Origin: Macrostomum lignano
Taxonomy: Eukaryota
Assembly (NCBI GenBank): GCA_002269645.1
Contig: NIVC01000712.1
Span: 310,001 to 374,000 of the forward strand
DNA: 64,000 bases
Direction of reading: 5' to 3'
The notes beneath the pieces are model-generated. The model had not been told where the DNA came from. It saw only the letters and a program-made list of their open reading frames with translations, and searched no databases. This document shows, in pieces, positions 1 to 13,400 of this stretch. Each line of letters begins with the position of its first letter. Position 1 is the stretch's first letter. The translations under genes were made by a program, and so were the position numbers.

Positions 1-496
1 AAGCAATAAATTACAGACTCGTCGCACACAAAAACATAAGCCTAGTTCAGTCAAGTAATATGAACGTACGTAATATAAAACTGCCTTAAATATTAGGCTG
101 CTTCCTGGGTTGATTCCACTCTGTTCAGGTGATTCTTCTGTTGATTCCATTTCGCCACCAAGAAGCACCGAGAAACCGCCCAGTTAGGTAGATTCCAAGC
201 ATGGAATCATCCGATTGGTCTGTTTCCAGCGTTCGGCTGTTTCTTTTTCTGGAAACACCGTAGATTCCAACTGGAATCACCCAAAGAAACATCCCAATTT
301 TTCAGCGGGAATATAGCAAACAAAATATAGCTGCATATGTGTAAGTTTTTGGCTTTTGTTGATTCTGTAACTATAAGCTATAATAAAGGCTTGCAGAACT
401 TTTTGATCACCCCTCGTAGAGTAAACATGGTTAAGAGAGTAATTATGGTAAAGAGATTCAATATTATTATGCCCTCTTATTCTTACAACACTGCAA

Positions 497-640
497 TTAA
501 TTCCCCACAGTCTTGTTATCTGAGCAATTCCCCTACAGCCCTGGCATCTGAGCAATTCCCCTACAGCCTTGTTATCTGAGCAATTCCCCTACAGCCTTGT
601 TATCTGAGCAATTCCCCTACAGTCCTGGCATCTGAGCAAT
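497..640. repeat. Short tandem repeat, ~28-bp unit (cttgttatctgagcaattcccctacagc), about 5 copies
   Basis: Direct reading of repeated units. Confidence 0.85.
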
Positions 641-921
641 GTAACTGAGCATTCTCATTTGAGCAAATAGCTTATAAAAATAGCCTTTAGCAATATGTGG
701 CAACACAGCGTGTTTCGTACCTTGTAGCTATAAATAGAACCCATAAATTTCGCAGCATTGTGCAACTTACATTGGGACTGTGGAAAAGAGTACAGTACAG
801 AAATTGTTGTACATTCTGCTGTGGCTATAAAAGCACTCTCATTGCTTTCATACACTCGATGCTTTGGTCAGCTAACAAGGTATCTGAAACTTGCTAAACT
901 CTCCAGCCACCGTGTTAAGCA

Positions 922-1410
922 ATGGCTACAGGAAGATTCACGTTCTTCTTCACCAAGGAGTCGCCATTTAGTCAGTTTTATCCTTGCCAGTTCAAAGTTG
1001 ACGGCTGCACATTTAGCTGCGCAGAGCAGTACATGATGTACCGCAAAGCGAAGCTGTTCAACGATCACGCGACAGCCGAGGCTATCTTAGCTGCGACTAA
1101 GCCGGCAAAAATGAAAGCCCTCGGCAGGCAAGTCGACGGCTTCAATGACGACGTGTGGAAAGAGCACAGATGGGAGATTGTCCATTCGGGTAACATGGCC
1201 AAGTTCGGCCAGAACCCGGAGCTATTGCGGACACTGTTGGACACGGAGGGCACCACACTGGTGGAGGCGGCCCCTAACGACTGTATCTGGGGCATTGGCC
1301 TAGCCGAGTCAAATCCTGACGCCAGGGATCAGGCAAAGTGGCGCGGTTTGAATCTGCTTGGCCAGATTCTTACTCGGGTGCGCGAGGATCTGAAACCGAC
1401 TGTTGCTTAA
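922..1410 (+). CDS. NADAR / YbiA-like N-glycosidase family protein, single coding exon, 162 aa
   Basis: ORF carries the family motifs SPFSQFY, AEQYMMYRKAKLF, KALGRQV, GNMAKFGQN, LVEAAPNDCIWGIG and GLNLLGQILTRVR. Confidence 0.93.
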   Translation: MATGRFTFFFTKESPFSQFYPCQFKVDGCTFSCAEQYMMYRKAKLFNDHATAEAILAATKPAKMKALGRQVDGFNDDVWKEHRWEIVHSGNMAKFGQNPELLRTLLDTEGTTLVEAAPNDCIWGIGLAESNPDARDQAKWRGLNLLGQILTRVREDLKPTVA

Positions 1411-1519
1411 ATCACTCTGGGATACTTCATGACTCTGTGGCTGTATCACTTATCGTAACCACAGTTCCAAGGTTAGTCCTAGATCTGAGATGCTCACTTT
1501 AGTATAACAAATGGGATTT

Positions 1520-1705
1520 TCTAGAACCAGTTAAGTCTAATAATGAGATCTAATGAGATTATCAGGTTCTCAGTACAGTCTAAGGGTGAGATCTAATGAG
1601 ATTCTCAGTTGAGTCTAAGGATGAAATCTATTGAGATTTTCAGTTCAGTCTAATGATAAGATCTAATGAGATTCTCAGCTTCTCAGTTCAGTCTAAGGAT
1701 GAGAT
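1520..1705. repeat. Degenerate tandem repeat (agtctaa..gagatctaatgagatt)
   Basis: Recurring 'tctaatgagatt' and 'agtctaa' motifs. Confidence 0.55.
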
Positions 1706-2193
1706 CTAGTGATACTCTAGATGTGTCGATATTTAAGCATTATTATTTTGTTAAATTTTATTTTACTCGTAAAACCTTTCCTACTCTAGAATTTTGTTTA
1801 TTTGCGTTAACTTTGTTTAAACACAACAGCAACACAGCTACTTTATAAAGTGAAATAAAACATTTATACTTATTTTAACTCTTGGATTGTATATCTATCT
1901 TGCAAATTTACATTCACATTTGCTGTGATGATGACATTCCTAGCTAATAAACAATTTATCTAATCAGTTGTACAAGTTCTAAAACAGACTTCTTATTGCA
2001 ATCGCATCTTAGTGTTTGCTTTTTATATTTAGTAATGCTGCAGTCAGTGTCGTTTGATAACTATTGACAGTATCCTGTTGTAAATGAACTTCTTTTTTAT
2101 TTCAGCACAGTGTGTCAGTCTGACAGCTATCTGTACTTAACAGACTGTCAGGTTTTCAAAAAAATCTTTGTGCATCACATCAGTTAGGCAGTC

Positions 2194-5100
2194 ATGGGCA
2201 GCACAGTGGCTGACACGATGCTGGCTCTGTCCAAGCACACATTCACTACAGATATTGTGACTGCCGTGCTGCCGGTGAAGAAGGTTGAGCAGAAGAAAAC
2301 TATGCGACCTTCGTTGTTCTTTGTGCTTACCAGTGAGTGCCGCGATGCATTTAGTTAGCCTAGCAGCCTCCCAGATCCTCAGCTACTGGGCCAGCCTCCC
2401 AGATCCTCAGTTGCTGAGCCAACCTCCCAGCAGATCCTCAGTTGCTGGGCCAGCCTCCCAGAGTGTCAGTTGCTAGGCCAGCCTCCCAGAGTGTCAGTTG
2501 CTGGGCCAGCCTTCTAGAGTGTCAGTTGCTAGGCCTGCCTCCCAGATCCTCAGTTGCTGGGCCAGCCTCCCAGATCCTCAGTTACTGGGCCAGCCTCCCA
2601 GATCCTCAGTTACTGGGCCAGCCTCCCAGATCCTCAGTTACTGGGCCAGCCTCCCAGATCCTCAGTTACTGGGCCAGCCTCCCAGATCCTCAGTTGCTGG
2701 GCCAGCCTCCCAGATCCTCAGTTACTGGGCCAGCCTCCCAGATCCTCAGTTACTGGGCCAGCCTCCCAGATCCTCAGTTACTGGGTCAGCCTCCCAGAGT
2801 GTCAGTTGCTGGGCCTGCCTCCCAGTTCCTCAGTTTCAGGGCCAGCCTCCTAGATCCTCGGTTGCTGGGCTGCCAGCCTCCCAGATCCTCAGCTGCTGGG
2901 CTGCCAGCCTCCCAGAGTGTCAGTTGCTGGGCCTGCCTCCCAGTTCCTCAGTTTCAGGGCCAGCCTCCCAGATCCTCGGTTGCTGGGCTGCCAGCCTCCC
3001 AGATCCTCGGCTGCTGGGCTTCCAGCCTCCCAGAGTGTCAGTTGCTGGGCCTGCCTCCCAGTTCCTCAGTTTCAGGGCCAGCCTCCCAGTTCCTCAGTTT
3101 CAGGGCCAGCCTCCCAGATCCTCAGTTACTGGGCTGCCAGCCTCCCAGATCCTCAGTTGCTGGACCACCAGCCTCCCAGATCCTCTGTTGCTAGGCCACC
3201 AGCCTCCCAGATCCTCTGTTGCTAGGCCACCAGCCTCCCAGATCCTCTGTTGCTAAGCCAGCCTCCTAGATCCTCAGTTTCAGGGCCAGCCTCCCAGATC
3301 CTCAGTTGCTAGGCCACCAGCCTCCCATTTTCTCAGTTGCTGGGCCTGCTTCCCAGAGTGTCAGTTGCTGGGCTGGGCCAGTCTCCCAGATCCTCAGTTG
3401 CTGGGCTGCCAGCCTCCCAGATCCTCAGTTGCTGGGCTGCCAGCCTCCCAGATCCTCAGTTGCTGGGTCACCAGCCTCTCAAATCTTCTGTTGCTAGGCC
3501 AGCCTCCCAGAGTGTCAGTTCCTGGACCAGTCTCTCAGAACTCAGCATAGTCTCACATGCCCCGGACTCACGCAGAGAGCCGCTCGCGCACCGGAGACGT
3601 GACCCTTCACCTGGTGAAGAAGGGCGACAAAGCGGACAGCTACAAGCGCAAAAAAACTTGGGCCCTCACCGACATTCGCCACGTTGACGGCTGCTCGGCC
3701 GGCGACCTTGACCTTGAATTGACCTTCGCCGACGGCGCAAAGAAGCGCTGGACGTGTTTCAGCCACCGGGACAAGCAGGAGTACGCTGAGCGGATGCAGT
3801 CCACAGTCAGGCAGGTGCGCGGTTGCGCAATCAAATTCGCTAACTTCCCTTCGAATCTGGGCGGCGCAGCAAAGTCAGCCGGCGTTGGCGGTAGCGTCGG
3901 TAGTAGCGGCGTCGCTTCGTCTGGTGTCCAGCAGCGACGTCGGGAGCTTCAACGAGAACGCGGCGACTCATTCGCTGCTAAGGTTAGTTCGCTAGTGATG
4001 TTACTATCGACTTTTTTAGTAAGTAGTTTAGTAAGTAGTATGTTGCGAATAAGGCTCGTATTTTTTCTCTACAAACTCCATAGCAGCTAGCTATTTTTAT
4101 TTAAAATTTTTCTAATGTGCAATTTAATAGCGTATAAAATTATTTTCACTACATATCGGCAACAGGATTTCTTACGAGTAATAACGATTAATAACGATAG
4201 TTAATTCTGGTTTTTTTATTTTCTGCATGAATATTCTTTTTATTTTATCCTTATGCTTCTTATAGTAAGTGGTTAGTTTGGGAAATTTGTTATTAAATGC
4301 AATTAATCTTTAACAGGTTTTGCTGACTTCTGCTGCGAAGCCGAATCAGCCTTCACATTTTGGAGTCAATTCTCAGGCAGGATTTATTATTAGACCTGTT
4401 TATTATTATTACAGAAACATAGTTTTTATATTTCTAATATTGCATATAAGACTGCACCGTATTTGTTAGGATGCATGAATCTATTTTTTAATTGTTCATT
4501 GCTAGTCTACTCGAACAAACCAGTTGAAAACGTTACCATGACAGGAATCTTTAAAGAGTCATTGCAAACAACTTTCTAGTGACTTTAGCGATTCTGGGGC
4601 GAATCTCGTGACTTTATTTACGACTCAAACGCGTCTAATGTGACGAAGATGCGACTGTTGCGTCGATCATAAGCGCGTCACGTGAGTTGTAGAGTCGTCT
4701 AAGAGTCGTGTTGGTGCTTAACGTTTGCTAGAGATGTGACAAAGTTCATCACGCGACGCAAGTGCGCTTCAAACGCAACTCAGTGAGTCTAAGGCGACTC
4801 AGCACGTCTCAAATAAGACTTTACAGCCCCATAGTCGTTATATCATTGCCCCAGAGTCTTTTTAGAGCCGCAGGTAATAAAACGCTTCAGTGATTCTTGA
4901 GCGACTCTTTGACGACTCTTTGGCGACTTGTACCGTGACATCTCGTCGTTTTAGAGTCGTTTAGAGTCACTTCTTTCCAGTTTTACCTGTGTAATCTGCA
5001 ACGACTCCGGGGCGATGCAATCGTGACTCTGAGACGTTTCTTGGCCTTAAGTACCGTTTTTAAACTTAAGTTTGTAAACTGTTTTTTTATATTTCTGTGC

Positions 5101-6953
5101 CGTGTCTGTACTTTTCATGTAGTTGTTTCTGCATGAAGCACTAATTCAGGTCTAAATCTAAATCTACATCAGAGGAGTTGCTAGATGCCAATGCTTAAGC
5201 GGGTTGGCGAGCTGCCAAGGCTCAAAGAGGAGGCCGATATCTTAGGTTGCGAATTCTGGAGATTATTATTTTTTTATTTATAATTGCCCTGACAATATGC
5301 AACAGGCCGACGACGGCACCGGCAAATCCTCGGACGCTGGCGGCGCTTTCGACATGCTGAGCGACGCGGAATCGCGCGATCTGCAGGCCTTCCTGGACAG
5401 CAACAAAGAATCCGTGCACAATGCCGAGAATTTTGTTCGGCGACTCAACGAACAGTTGAGATCGTTGGAACTGTCTAATATTCACGCTTTGATATCGTCT
5501 GGAGCTCAGGTTGGTTGGCTCAGTGAAATGCTATAGTTATTTTTATAAGTAGCAGTGTACTACGATCTGTGTGATTGTCTGTTTGGTGCACTCGACCCGG
5601 AGGGTTCTCTGTGACTGGGGCGGCCTGGCTTGCGTCGTCAGCTGAGCTACCATTGCTCTAGGTGAACCTGCCCGTGCAGGAAGCTGGTATATAGACCACC
5701 TCGAAGGCATCATGAGCAAAGCCCCAGAGCAGAAGTTGCTACCCTGCCCGTTGAAAACGTTACCGGGACAAGAATTGCCTAAAAGTTGTTGCAAACAACT
5801 CTCTAGTGACTCTAAGCGACCCTGGGGCAACTCTTTTGACTTTTTAGCGACCTGAAACGCGTCCAATGCGACGGAGAGGCGACTGTTGCGTCACAAGTGC
5901 GTCACGTGAGTTGTTGAATCGTAAGAGTCGCAAAAGAGTTGTCAAAGAGTCGTTTTCTTGGCGCTTAACTTTCCCTAGAGATGCGACTCTACCGTGAAAT
6001 CCCGTTGTTTTAGAGTCGTCTAGAGTCGCTTCTTTCTTGTGTTACCTGCAAAGACTCTAAAACGACTCTGGGACGCTTCTGGGCCTGGTTACCGTTTTCG
6101 TCGGGCTGACAGTATGACCCACCGGGATCCGAGGTCAGCGACAGGCTTTCACCTCATTGGTGGTCTGTGAGCAGACTGCGGGTCCACAAGCTGGTTGGCG
6201 GTGCCAAGTCTTGCAACTAACGACAGAGCTTCGCAGTTAGGACAATGATCGGCCATGAAAGCATCCAACCCCCGTTGTAGTTAGCCCTACATGAGGCTCC
6301 ACATAGGGACCCGAAAATTCCGGTTGCCCAAGCCTATGCTCTTGCTGGGAACTCCGTTTAACAACAACAAGTAGTAATCTGTACATTCAGAGCCAGCTAC
6401 ACGTCCGTCCGGCTTGCGATACTCGTCCATGAATTACCACCAACCCCACGCCCCGTCCCTCAGGTAACGCAGCTCACCGATCATGTCCAATCGGCTCGCG
6501 GGGTTGTTGAACAACTGGAGCACCGAGTCCAGGGCTACACTGGCCGCCTGCAGTCTGTGGCGCCGGCCATCGAGTGCCTGGCCGACCGGGACAAGCTGGC
6601 CAAGCTGTCCGCGGCCAATCAGCTACGCGCTGCCGAGGCTCTCGAACGCCTGCTAGCCGCGATTCGTTTCGACGAATCCGACAGACGACTGTTGCGAGAG
6701 CCGAACTTTAAAGATAGAGCCTGCGTGCCCGCCCTGCTGAAGGCGGCTCGCCAATGCGACTCGGTGCTGGCAGCCGATGTGCCGCCGGAGCTGCGCAAGA
6801 TGGCCGCCGTCAAGGACTCCACGGAGGGCTTGATTGAATTGAAGAGATCGTTTGCGTCTGCGCTGGTCCGGCATTTGAATGACATCTTTATTAACTATGT
6901 GAGTTGATGGTCACTTTCCTCTAGTGAGTGAGTTAGTTAGTTAGTTAGTTAGG

Positions 6954-6989
<36 letters not shown>

Positions 6990-7139
6990 CAGTTAGTCAT
7001 TTAGTTAGTTAATTAGTTAGTTAGTTAGTGAGTGAGTCAGTTTGTTAGTTAGTTAGGTAGTTAGTTAGTTATAGTTAGTTAGTTGGTTAGTTAGTTAGTT
7101 AGTTAGTTAGTGAGTGAGTCAGTTTGTTAGTTAGTTAGG

Positions 7140-7179
<40 letters not shown>

Positions 7180-7231
7180 GAGTGAGTCAGTTTGTTAGTT
7201 AGTTAGGTAGTTAGTTAGTTAGTTAGTTAGG

Positions 7232-7262
<31 letters not shown>

Positions 7263-7343
7263 GTAGGTAGTTAGTTAGTTAGTTAGTTAGGTAGTTAGTT
7301 AGTTAGTTAGTTAGTGAGTGAGTCAGTTTGTTAGTTAGTTAGG

Positions 7344-7402
<59 letters not shown>

Positions 7403-7403
7403 G

Positions 7404-7449
<46 letters not shown>

Positions 7450-10400
7450 TAGTTAGTTAGTTGGTTAGTTAGTTAGTTAGTTAGTCAGTAAGTTAGTTAG
7501 TTAGTTAGTTAGTTAGGTAGTTAGTTATGAAGAGTTTAAGATTGGTGATCAGTCGCTCGAAAACTCCCACTTCTAGACACTGGGGAACAAGTGCCTAGGT
7601 ATGTGCAAAATCAAGTAACTCTTACTGGGGCGGATCCTCTTGTAGGTTGCAGACGTTCGAGTCTTACTTATAGGTTGTAGGGCTAGCTGGCTTTGTTGAG
7701 CGGTAGCGGTAGTGAATGGTTGTCTCCTGGAGTCCTTAACTTTATCTGTGGGTCGACCAAGAACGAGAGCGGATCAGAAGTCTTGACGGTCCTCGAGCTC
7801 GGAATCAACAATAGAACGTGCACCCTAATAAACAATTGAATTCTTTGAGTTCTGTAATAGGTCCTCCTAAAGGGCGTCTTCTTCGTTACGTCCGAGACGT
7901 AACGGATAACTCAAATCAGTCAATAAATCCTCTAGGAGTATAACCTAGGAAACAAGGTCTTTCTCAGATGTGTCGACGATAAATGGCTCTCGTGAACTCA
8001 ATTAATCAACTTATCAATGCTAGCAACAAAGAACTGAATCGGGTAAACGCTTACCAATCTGTCCGGATTTCGCCCCCTCAGAGATGGGTCTTCTTTTCTT
8101 TGTCAAAGTCTTCTTTGAGACCGATCCGAGTCTGATTTTTTAACTCGGATTTTCACCTATATTTATAGCATAATATTGGGGGAAAAACCGGTTTAATATC
8201 GGATATTTACTTAAGTCATACATGCTTTAGCATTACCATATATGGGGTTAAGCAAATACAGCTGTTGAAAACCGGTTCCTTGATCAATTAGACGTTGGTC
8301 CTACGCGCAGATACTAGAATGACTAGATAGGCCACTCAACACATTTGCATATAAGCTACTTTCAGTTCAGTAGTAAGTTAAATAGAAGCATTTTATTGTA
8401 TTTTTAAAGCAAGGCTCATTTATTGGCTCTTGCCCCCCAACTTCTACTAAAACCCTCCAATCGCGCTTTTCCACTACCCCCGCCCCACCCCAATTTTTAT
8501 TGCCTTTCTCGGAATTCCAGCCTAAAGCTGCCATGTACATTTCAGTTGACTGACTAATGTACATTATTGCTTAACCAATTAGCGAGTTGTTTGCGCCTGC
8601 AAGCTTGGGCTTCTAAACTTATCAAAGTCGTTTTAGCTGCCTTTATTTTTATAAAATAGCTCATGTACTTCTTCGCTACTGAACTGAAAGTAGAAAGCTG
8701 TTTTACTAAGAGATATGCCTAAGTGGGCGATCTAGTCATTTTAGTATGTGTGGTCCTACGAAGGGTTCTGAATCACTCTATTTGCGTAGCCATGACTCCT
8801 AAAAGTAAATATTATTAAAATAAACATGACTCATTCTAAAAAATAGATGGACTTTTAGTCAATAATCCAACCTGTGTGTCCGAAAGTCGGTCCAATAAAT
8901 CGCCAACCCTTTCTCCCCTTTCCGAATCCCCATAGGCCAATCGGCGCACCACTGCCCGCTCCAAGTCTCTGGCCTTCTCAGGTCACGACGAGAACAAACG
9001 CGAGCTGCTCCAGTTCAGCCAGCTGATGGCCTGGCTGAAGCTCAACAACAGGGAGATGTTCGACGAGCTAAAGGGGGTGAGGCTGGCTGTGGATTTTGCT
9101 TTTTTCTGTCACTTTTTTATGGTTCTTGTCCTTCAGAATGTGTCTTTGGCCGCCTCGTCTTTTCCTTCAGGTCCCTCAGATTTTTCCTGTTTTTGTGGCC
9201 TCTGTTAGTTCCGTCATTGGGACTGTCTACTTTCTTGTCCATCCGGTCCTTTCTTGTCCATCCGGTCCTTTCTTGTCCGTCCGGTCCTTTCTTGTCCGTC
9301 CGGTCCTTTCTTGTCCATCAAACGTCTTTTCTTGTCCATTAAAAGTGTTTTTCCTGTTTATCAGAAGCCTTTTTCTTGTCCATCCGGTCCTTTCTTGTCC
9401 GTCCGGTCCTTTCTTGTCCGTCCGGTCCTTTCTTGTCCATCAAACGTCTTTTCTTGTCCATTAAAAGTGTTTTTCCTGTTTATCAGAAGCCTTTTTCTTG
9501 TCCATTAGAGGTCCTTGTCCATCAGAGGTCCTTTCTTGTCCATCAGAGATCCTTGTCCATCAGAGGTCCTTTCTTGTCCATCAGAGGTCCTTTCTTGTCC
9601 ATCAGAGGTCCTTTCTTGTCCATCAGAGGTCCTTTCTTGTCCAACGGAGGTCCTTTATTTTCCATCAGAGGTCCTTTATTTTCCATCAGAGGTCCTTTAT
9701 TTTCCATCAGAGGTCCTTTATTTTCCATCAGAGGTCCTTTCTTGTCCATCAGAGGTCCTTTCTTGTCCATCAGAGATCCTTGTCCATCAGAGGTCCTTTC
9801 TTGTCCATCAGAGGTCCTTGTCCATCAGGGGTCCTTTCTTGTCCATCAGAGATCCTTGTCCATCAGAGGTCCTTTCTTGTCCATCAGAGATCCTTAACTG
9901 TCCATCACACGCATTTGAATCTGTCTCCTTGCCCACCCAGTCTATCATACTGGAGTGTCTATGGCCCAACTCTCTCAGGCTCCGATCCCTGTCGCCTGTC
10001 GCCATTCCAGCGCTACTCCCGCTCTCTCAGTAAAGTTTACGATGCCGAATTTCGCGAAGTAATAGAAACAGTCAAAGCCATACTGCAGCCGCTAAGCAAA
10101 GACAAAGGAAAACCCGGAGCGCGTAAGTTCTGCTTATAATAATTTATTTTAAAATGAAGGCCATTCCTTACGAAGCTTTAAAGTACCAGGCGTACTCTAA
10201 CGTTTACAGTGCGTCACGCCGGCTCAAACTCGTCGCTAAATCGCGAAGGCTCCAAGCGCAGCATCGGGGGCGGCGGCGGCGGCGGCGGCGGCGCAGACTC
10301 GAACCCGGCCGATTCCTCGTCGTCGTCGACCCTCAGTAGCATCGCCGCCACCTTGGGATCCTCCGTGGCGACGCTGGATAACGTAGGTTTCTTCATCTGA

Positions 10401-13400
10401 CATTTTTAGAGCTAATTAGCTGACGAGGAAAATTGCGAGTTATAATTCTACTCCGGCCGTTTACCTCTCAGGTGTTCGAAAAAGTTCTTGACGCCCTAGA
10501 GCCGATGGTAGACTCCGAAGAGACCTTCTGCCAGGCGTTTTTTGATCTTCAACCGTCAGTGCAGCAGCAGACGTCCACCCTGACATCCTCGGTGATGAGC
10601 ACAGTCTCAGATGACGGCACCATTCTGTCTGTGGACAGTGGCGACTCGCGTCAGTCCTTAACGCGGCAGGAGGGTAAACAGGTGCGACAGCGCTACCAGT
10701 TTGTATTCGATTGTTATTGCTGAAAATGCTCGAAATGTGCCCTAAATTACCACAAAATCACGCCCTCAACAATCGATAAGAAAAATCGCCCTCAACCACC
10801 TAGAAGAATCGCCTTAATCAGCATAGAAGAATCGCCCAATCAGCATAGAAGAATCGCCCCAATCAGCATAGAAAAATCGCCCCAATCAGCATAGAAGAAT
10901 CGCCTCAATCAGCATAGAAGAATCGCCACAATCAGCATAGAAGAATCGCCCCAATCAGCATAGAAGAATCGCCCCAATCAGCATAAAAGAAGCGCCACAA
11001 TCGGCATAGAAGAATCGCCCCAATCAGCATAGAAGAATCGCCCCAATCAGCATAGAAGAATCGCCCCAATCAGCATAGAAGAATCGCCCCAATCAGCATA
11101 GAAGAATCGCCCCAATCAGCATAGAAGAATCGCCCCAATCAGCATAGAAGAATCACCCCAATCAGCATAGAAAAATCGCCCCAATCAGCATAGAAGAATC
11201 GCCTCAATCAGCATAGAAGAATCGCCACAATCAGCATAGAAGAATCGCCCCAATCAGCATAGAAGAATCGCCCCAATCAGCATAAAAGAAGCGCCACAAT
11301 CGGCATAGAAGAATCGCCCCAATCAGCATAGAAGAATCGCCCCAATCAGCATAGAAGAATCGCCCCAATCAGCATAGAAGAATCGCCCCAATCAGCATAG
11401 AAGAATCGCCACAATCAGCATAGAAGAATCGCCTAATCAGCACGAAGAATCGCCCCAATCAGCATAGAAGAATCGCTCCAATCAGCATAGAAGAATCGCC
11501 CTAATCCGCATAGAAGAATCGCCCAATCAGCATAGAAGAATCGCCCAATCGGCATAGAAGAATCGCCCCAATCAGCATAGAAAAATCGCCCCAATCAGCA
11601 TAGAAGAATCGCCCCAATCAGCATAGAAGAATCGCCACAATCAGCATAGAAGAATCGCCCCAATCAGCATAGAAGAATCGCCCCAATCAGCATAGAAGAA
11701 TCGCCCCAATCAGCATAGAAGAATCGCCCCAATCAGCATAAAAGAAGCGCCACAATCGGCATAGAAGAATCGCCCCAATCAGCATAGAAGAATCGCCCCA
11801 ATCAGCATAGAAGAATCGCCCCAATCAGCATAGAAGAATCGCCCCAATCAGCATAGAAGAATCACCCCAATCAGCATAGAAGAATCGCCCCAATCAGCAT
11901 AGAAGAATCGCCCCAATCAGCATAGAAGAATCGCCCCAATCAGCATAGAAGAATCGCCCCAATCAGCATAGAAGAATCGCCCCAATCAGCATAGAAGAAT
12001 CGCCCCAATCAGCATAGAAGAATCGCCCCAATCAGCATAGAAGAATCGCCGCCCCGCCGCCCCAGGAGCTAGACGAGCTGCTCAAGCAGATATTCTCATC
12101 CGCTGTGGGCTTCCTAGACGCCTTGGCAAGCGCGTGTCACTCGGTGAGCGCCGAGTTCAGCATGCAGATGCTGATCCGGTCAGCTGATCGGTCGGACAGG
12201 CAGAGCGGCCGGGGCCGCCACCTGGGCTACCTGTACGCCCAGCTGTGCCTTCGAGCAAAACAGCGATTCGACCAGTTCATCGACCAGATGTCGGCCGAAT
12301 TCCTGGAATTCCGTGCCAATAAAAAGTCCCGCTGCGGCGTGGTGGCTCCGGTTCTTACCTACGAAAAATTTGCCAGCCGAGCTGGCCCGGTATTTCGAGA
12401 CTCGAAACGTCTGCCGGACTTGGAGCGGGCACACGAGAAACTGCTGGAGACGCTGGTCAATCTGGTGGAGCGGGTCGCTCAGGAGCACGGGAAAACACCG
12501 CCCGCTGTGGTGCTCATGGGTGCGCGTGACTTGGGTTGTTTTGTGGGGTGGCTTCGTCTTCGAGTATTGGGTGGTTTCAGTTGCAGATATTGGGTAGTTT
12601 CAGTTGCAGATATTGGGTAGTTTCAGTTGCAGATATTGGTTAGTTTCAGGTGCAGATATTGGGTAGTTTCAGTTTCAGATATTGGGTAGTTTCAGTTGCA
12701 GATATTGGGTAGTTTCAGTTGCAGATATTGGTTAGTTTCAGTTGCAGATATTGGGTAGTCTCAGTTGCAGATATTGGGTAGTTTCAGTTGCAGATATTGG
12801 GTAGTTTCAGTTGCAGATATTGGGTAGTTTCAGTTGCAGATATTGGTTAGTTTCAGGTGCAGATATTGGGTAGTTTCAGTTGCAGATATTGGTTAGTTTC
12901 AGGTGCAGATATTGGGTAGTTTCAGTTGCAGATATTGGGTAGTCTCAGGTGCAGCTATTGGGTAGTTTCAGTTGCAGATATTGGGTAGTTTCAGTTGCAG
13001 ATATTGGGTAGTTTCAATTGCAGATATTGGGTAGTTTCAGTTGCAGATATTGGGTAGTCTCAGTTGCAGATATTGGGTAGTTTCAATTGCAGATATTGGG
13101 TAGTTTCAGTTGCAGATATTGGTTAGTTTCAGGTGCAGATATTGGGTAGTTTCAGTTTCAGATATTGGGTAGTTTCAGTTGCAGATATTGGGTAGTTTCA
13201 GTTGCAGATATTGGGTAGTTTCAGGTGCAGATATTGGGTAGTTTCAGTTGCAGATATTGGGTAGTCTCAGGTGCAGCTATTGGGTAGTTTCAGTTGCAGA
13301 TATTGGGTAGTCTCAGTTGCAGATATTGGGTAGTTTCAATTGCAGATATTGGGTAGTTTCAGTTGCAGATATTGGGTAGTTTCAGTTGCAGATATTGGTT

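Noticed and set aside
2442-3550. Long + strand ORFs (up to 252 aa) in EXOC1 intron 1
   Set aside because: Translations of the 28-bp minisatellite, open in several frames, inside a phase-consistent intron
9096-10033. Overlapping repetitive ORFs
   Set aside because: Artefacts of the 21-bp repeat; only 10011-10122 is an exon
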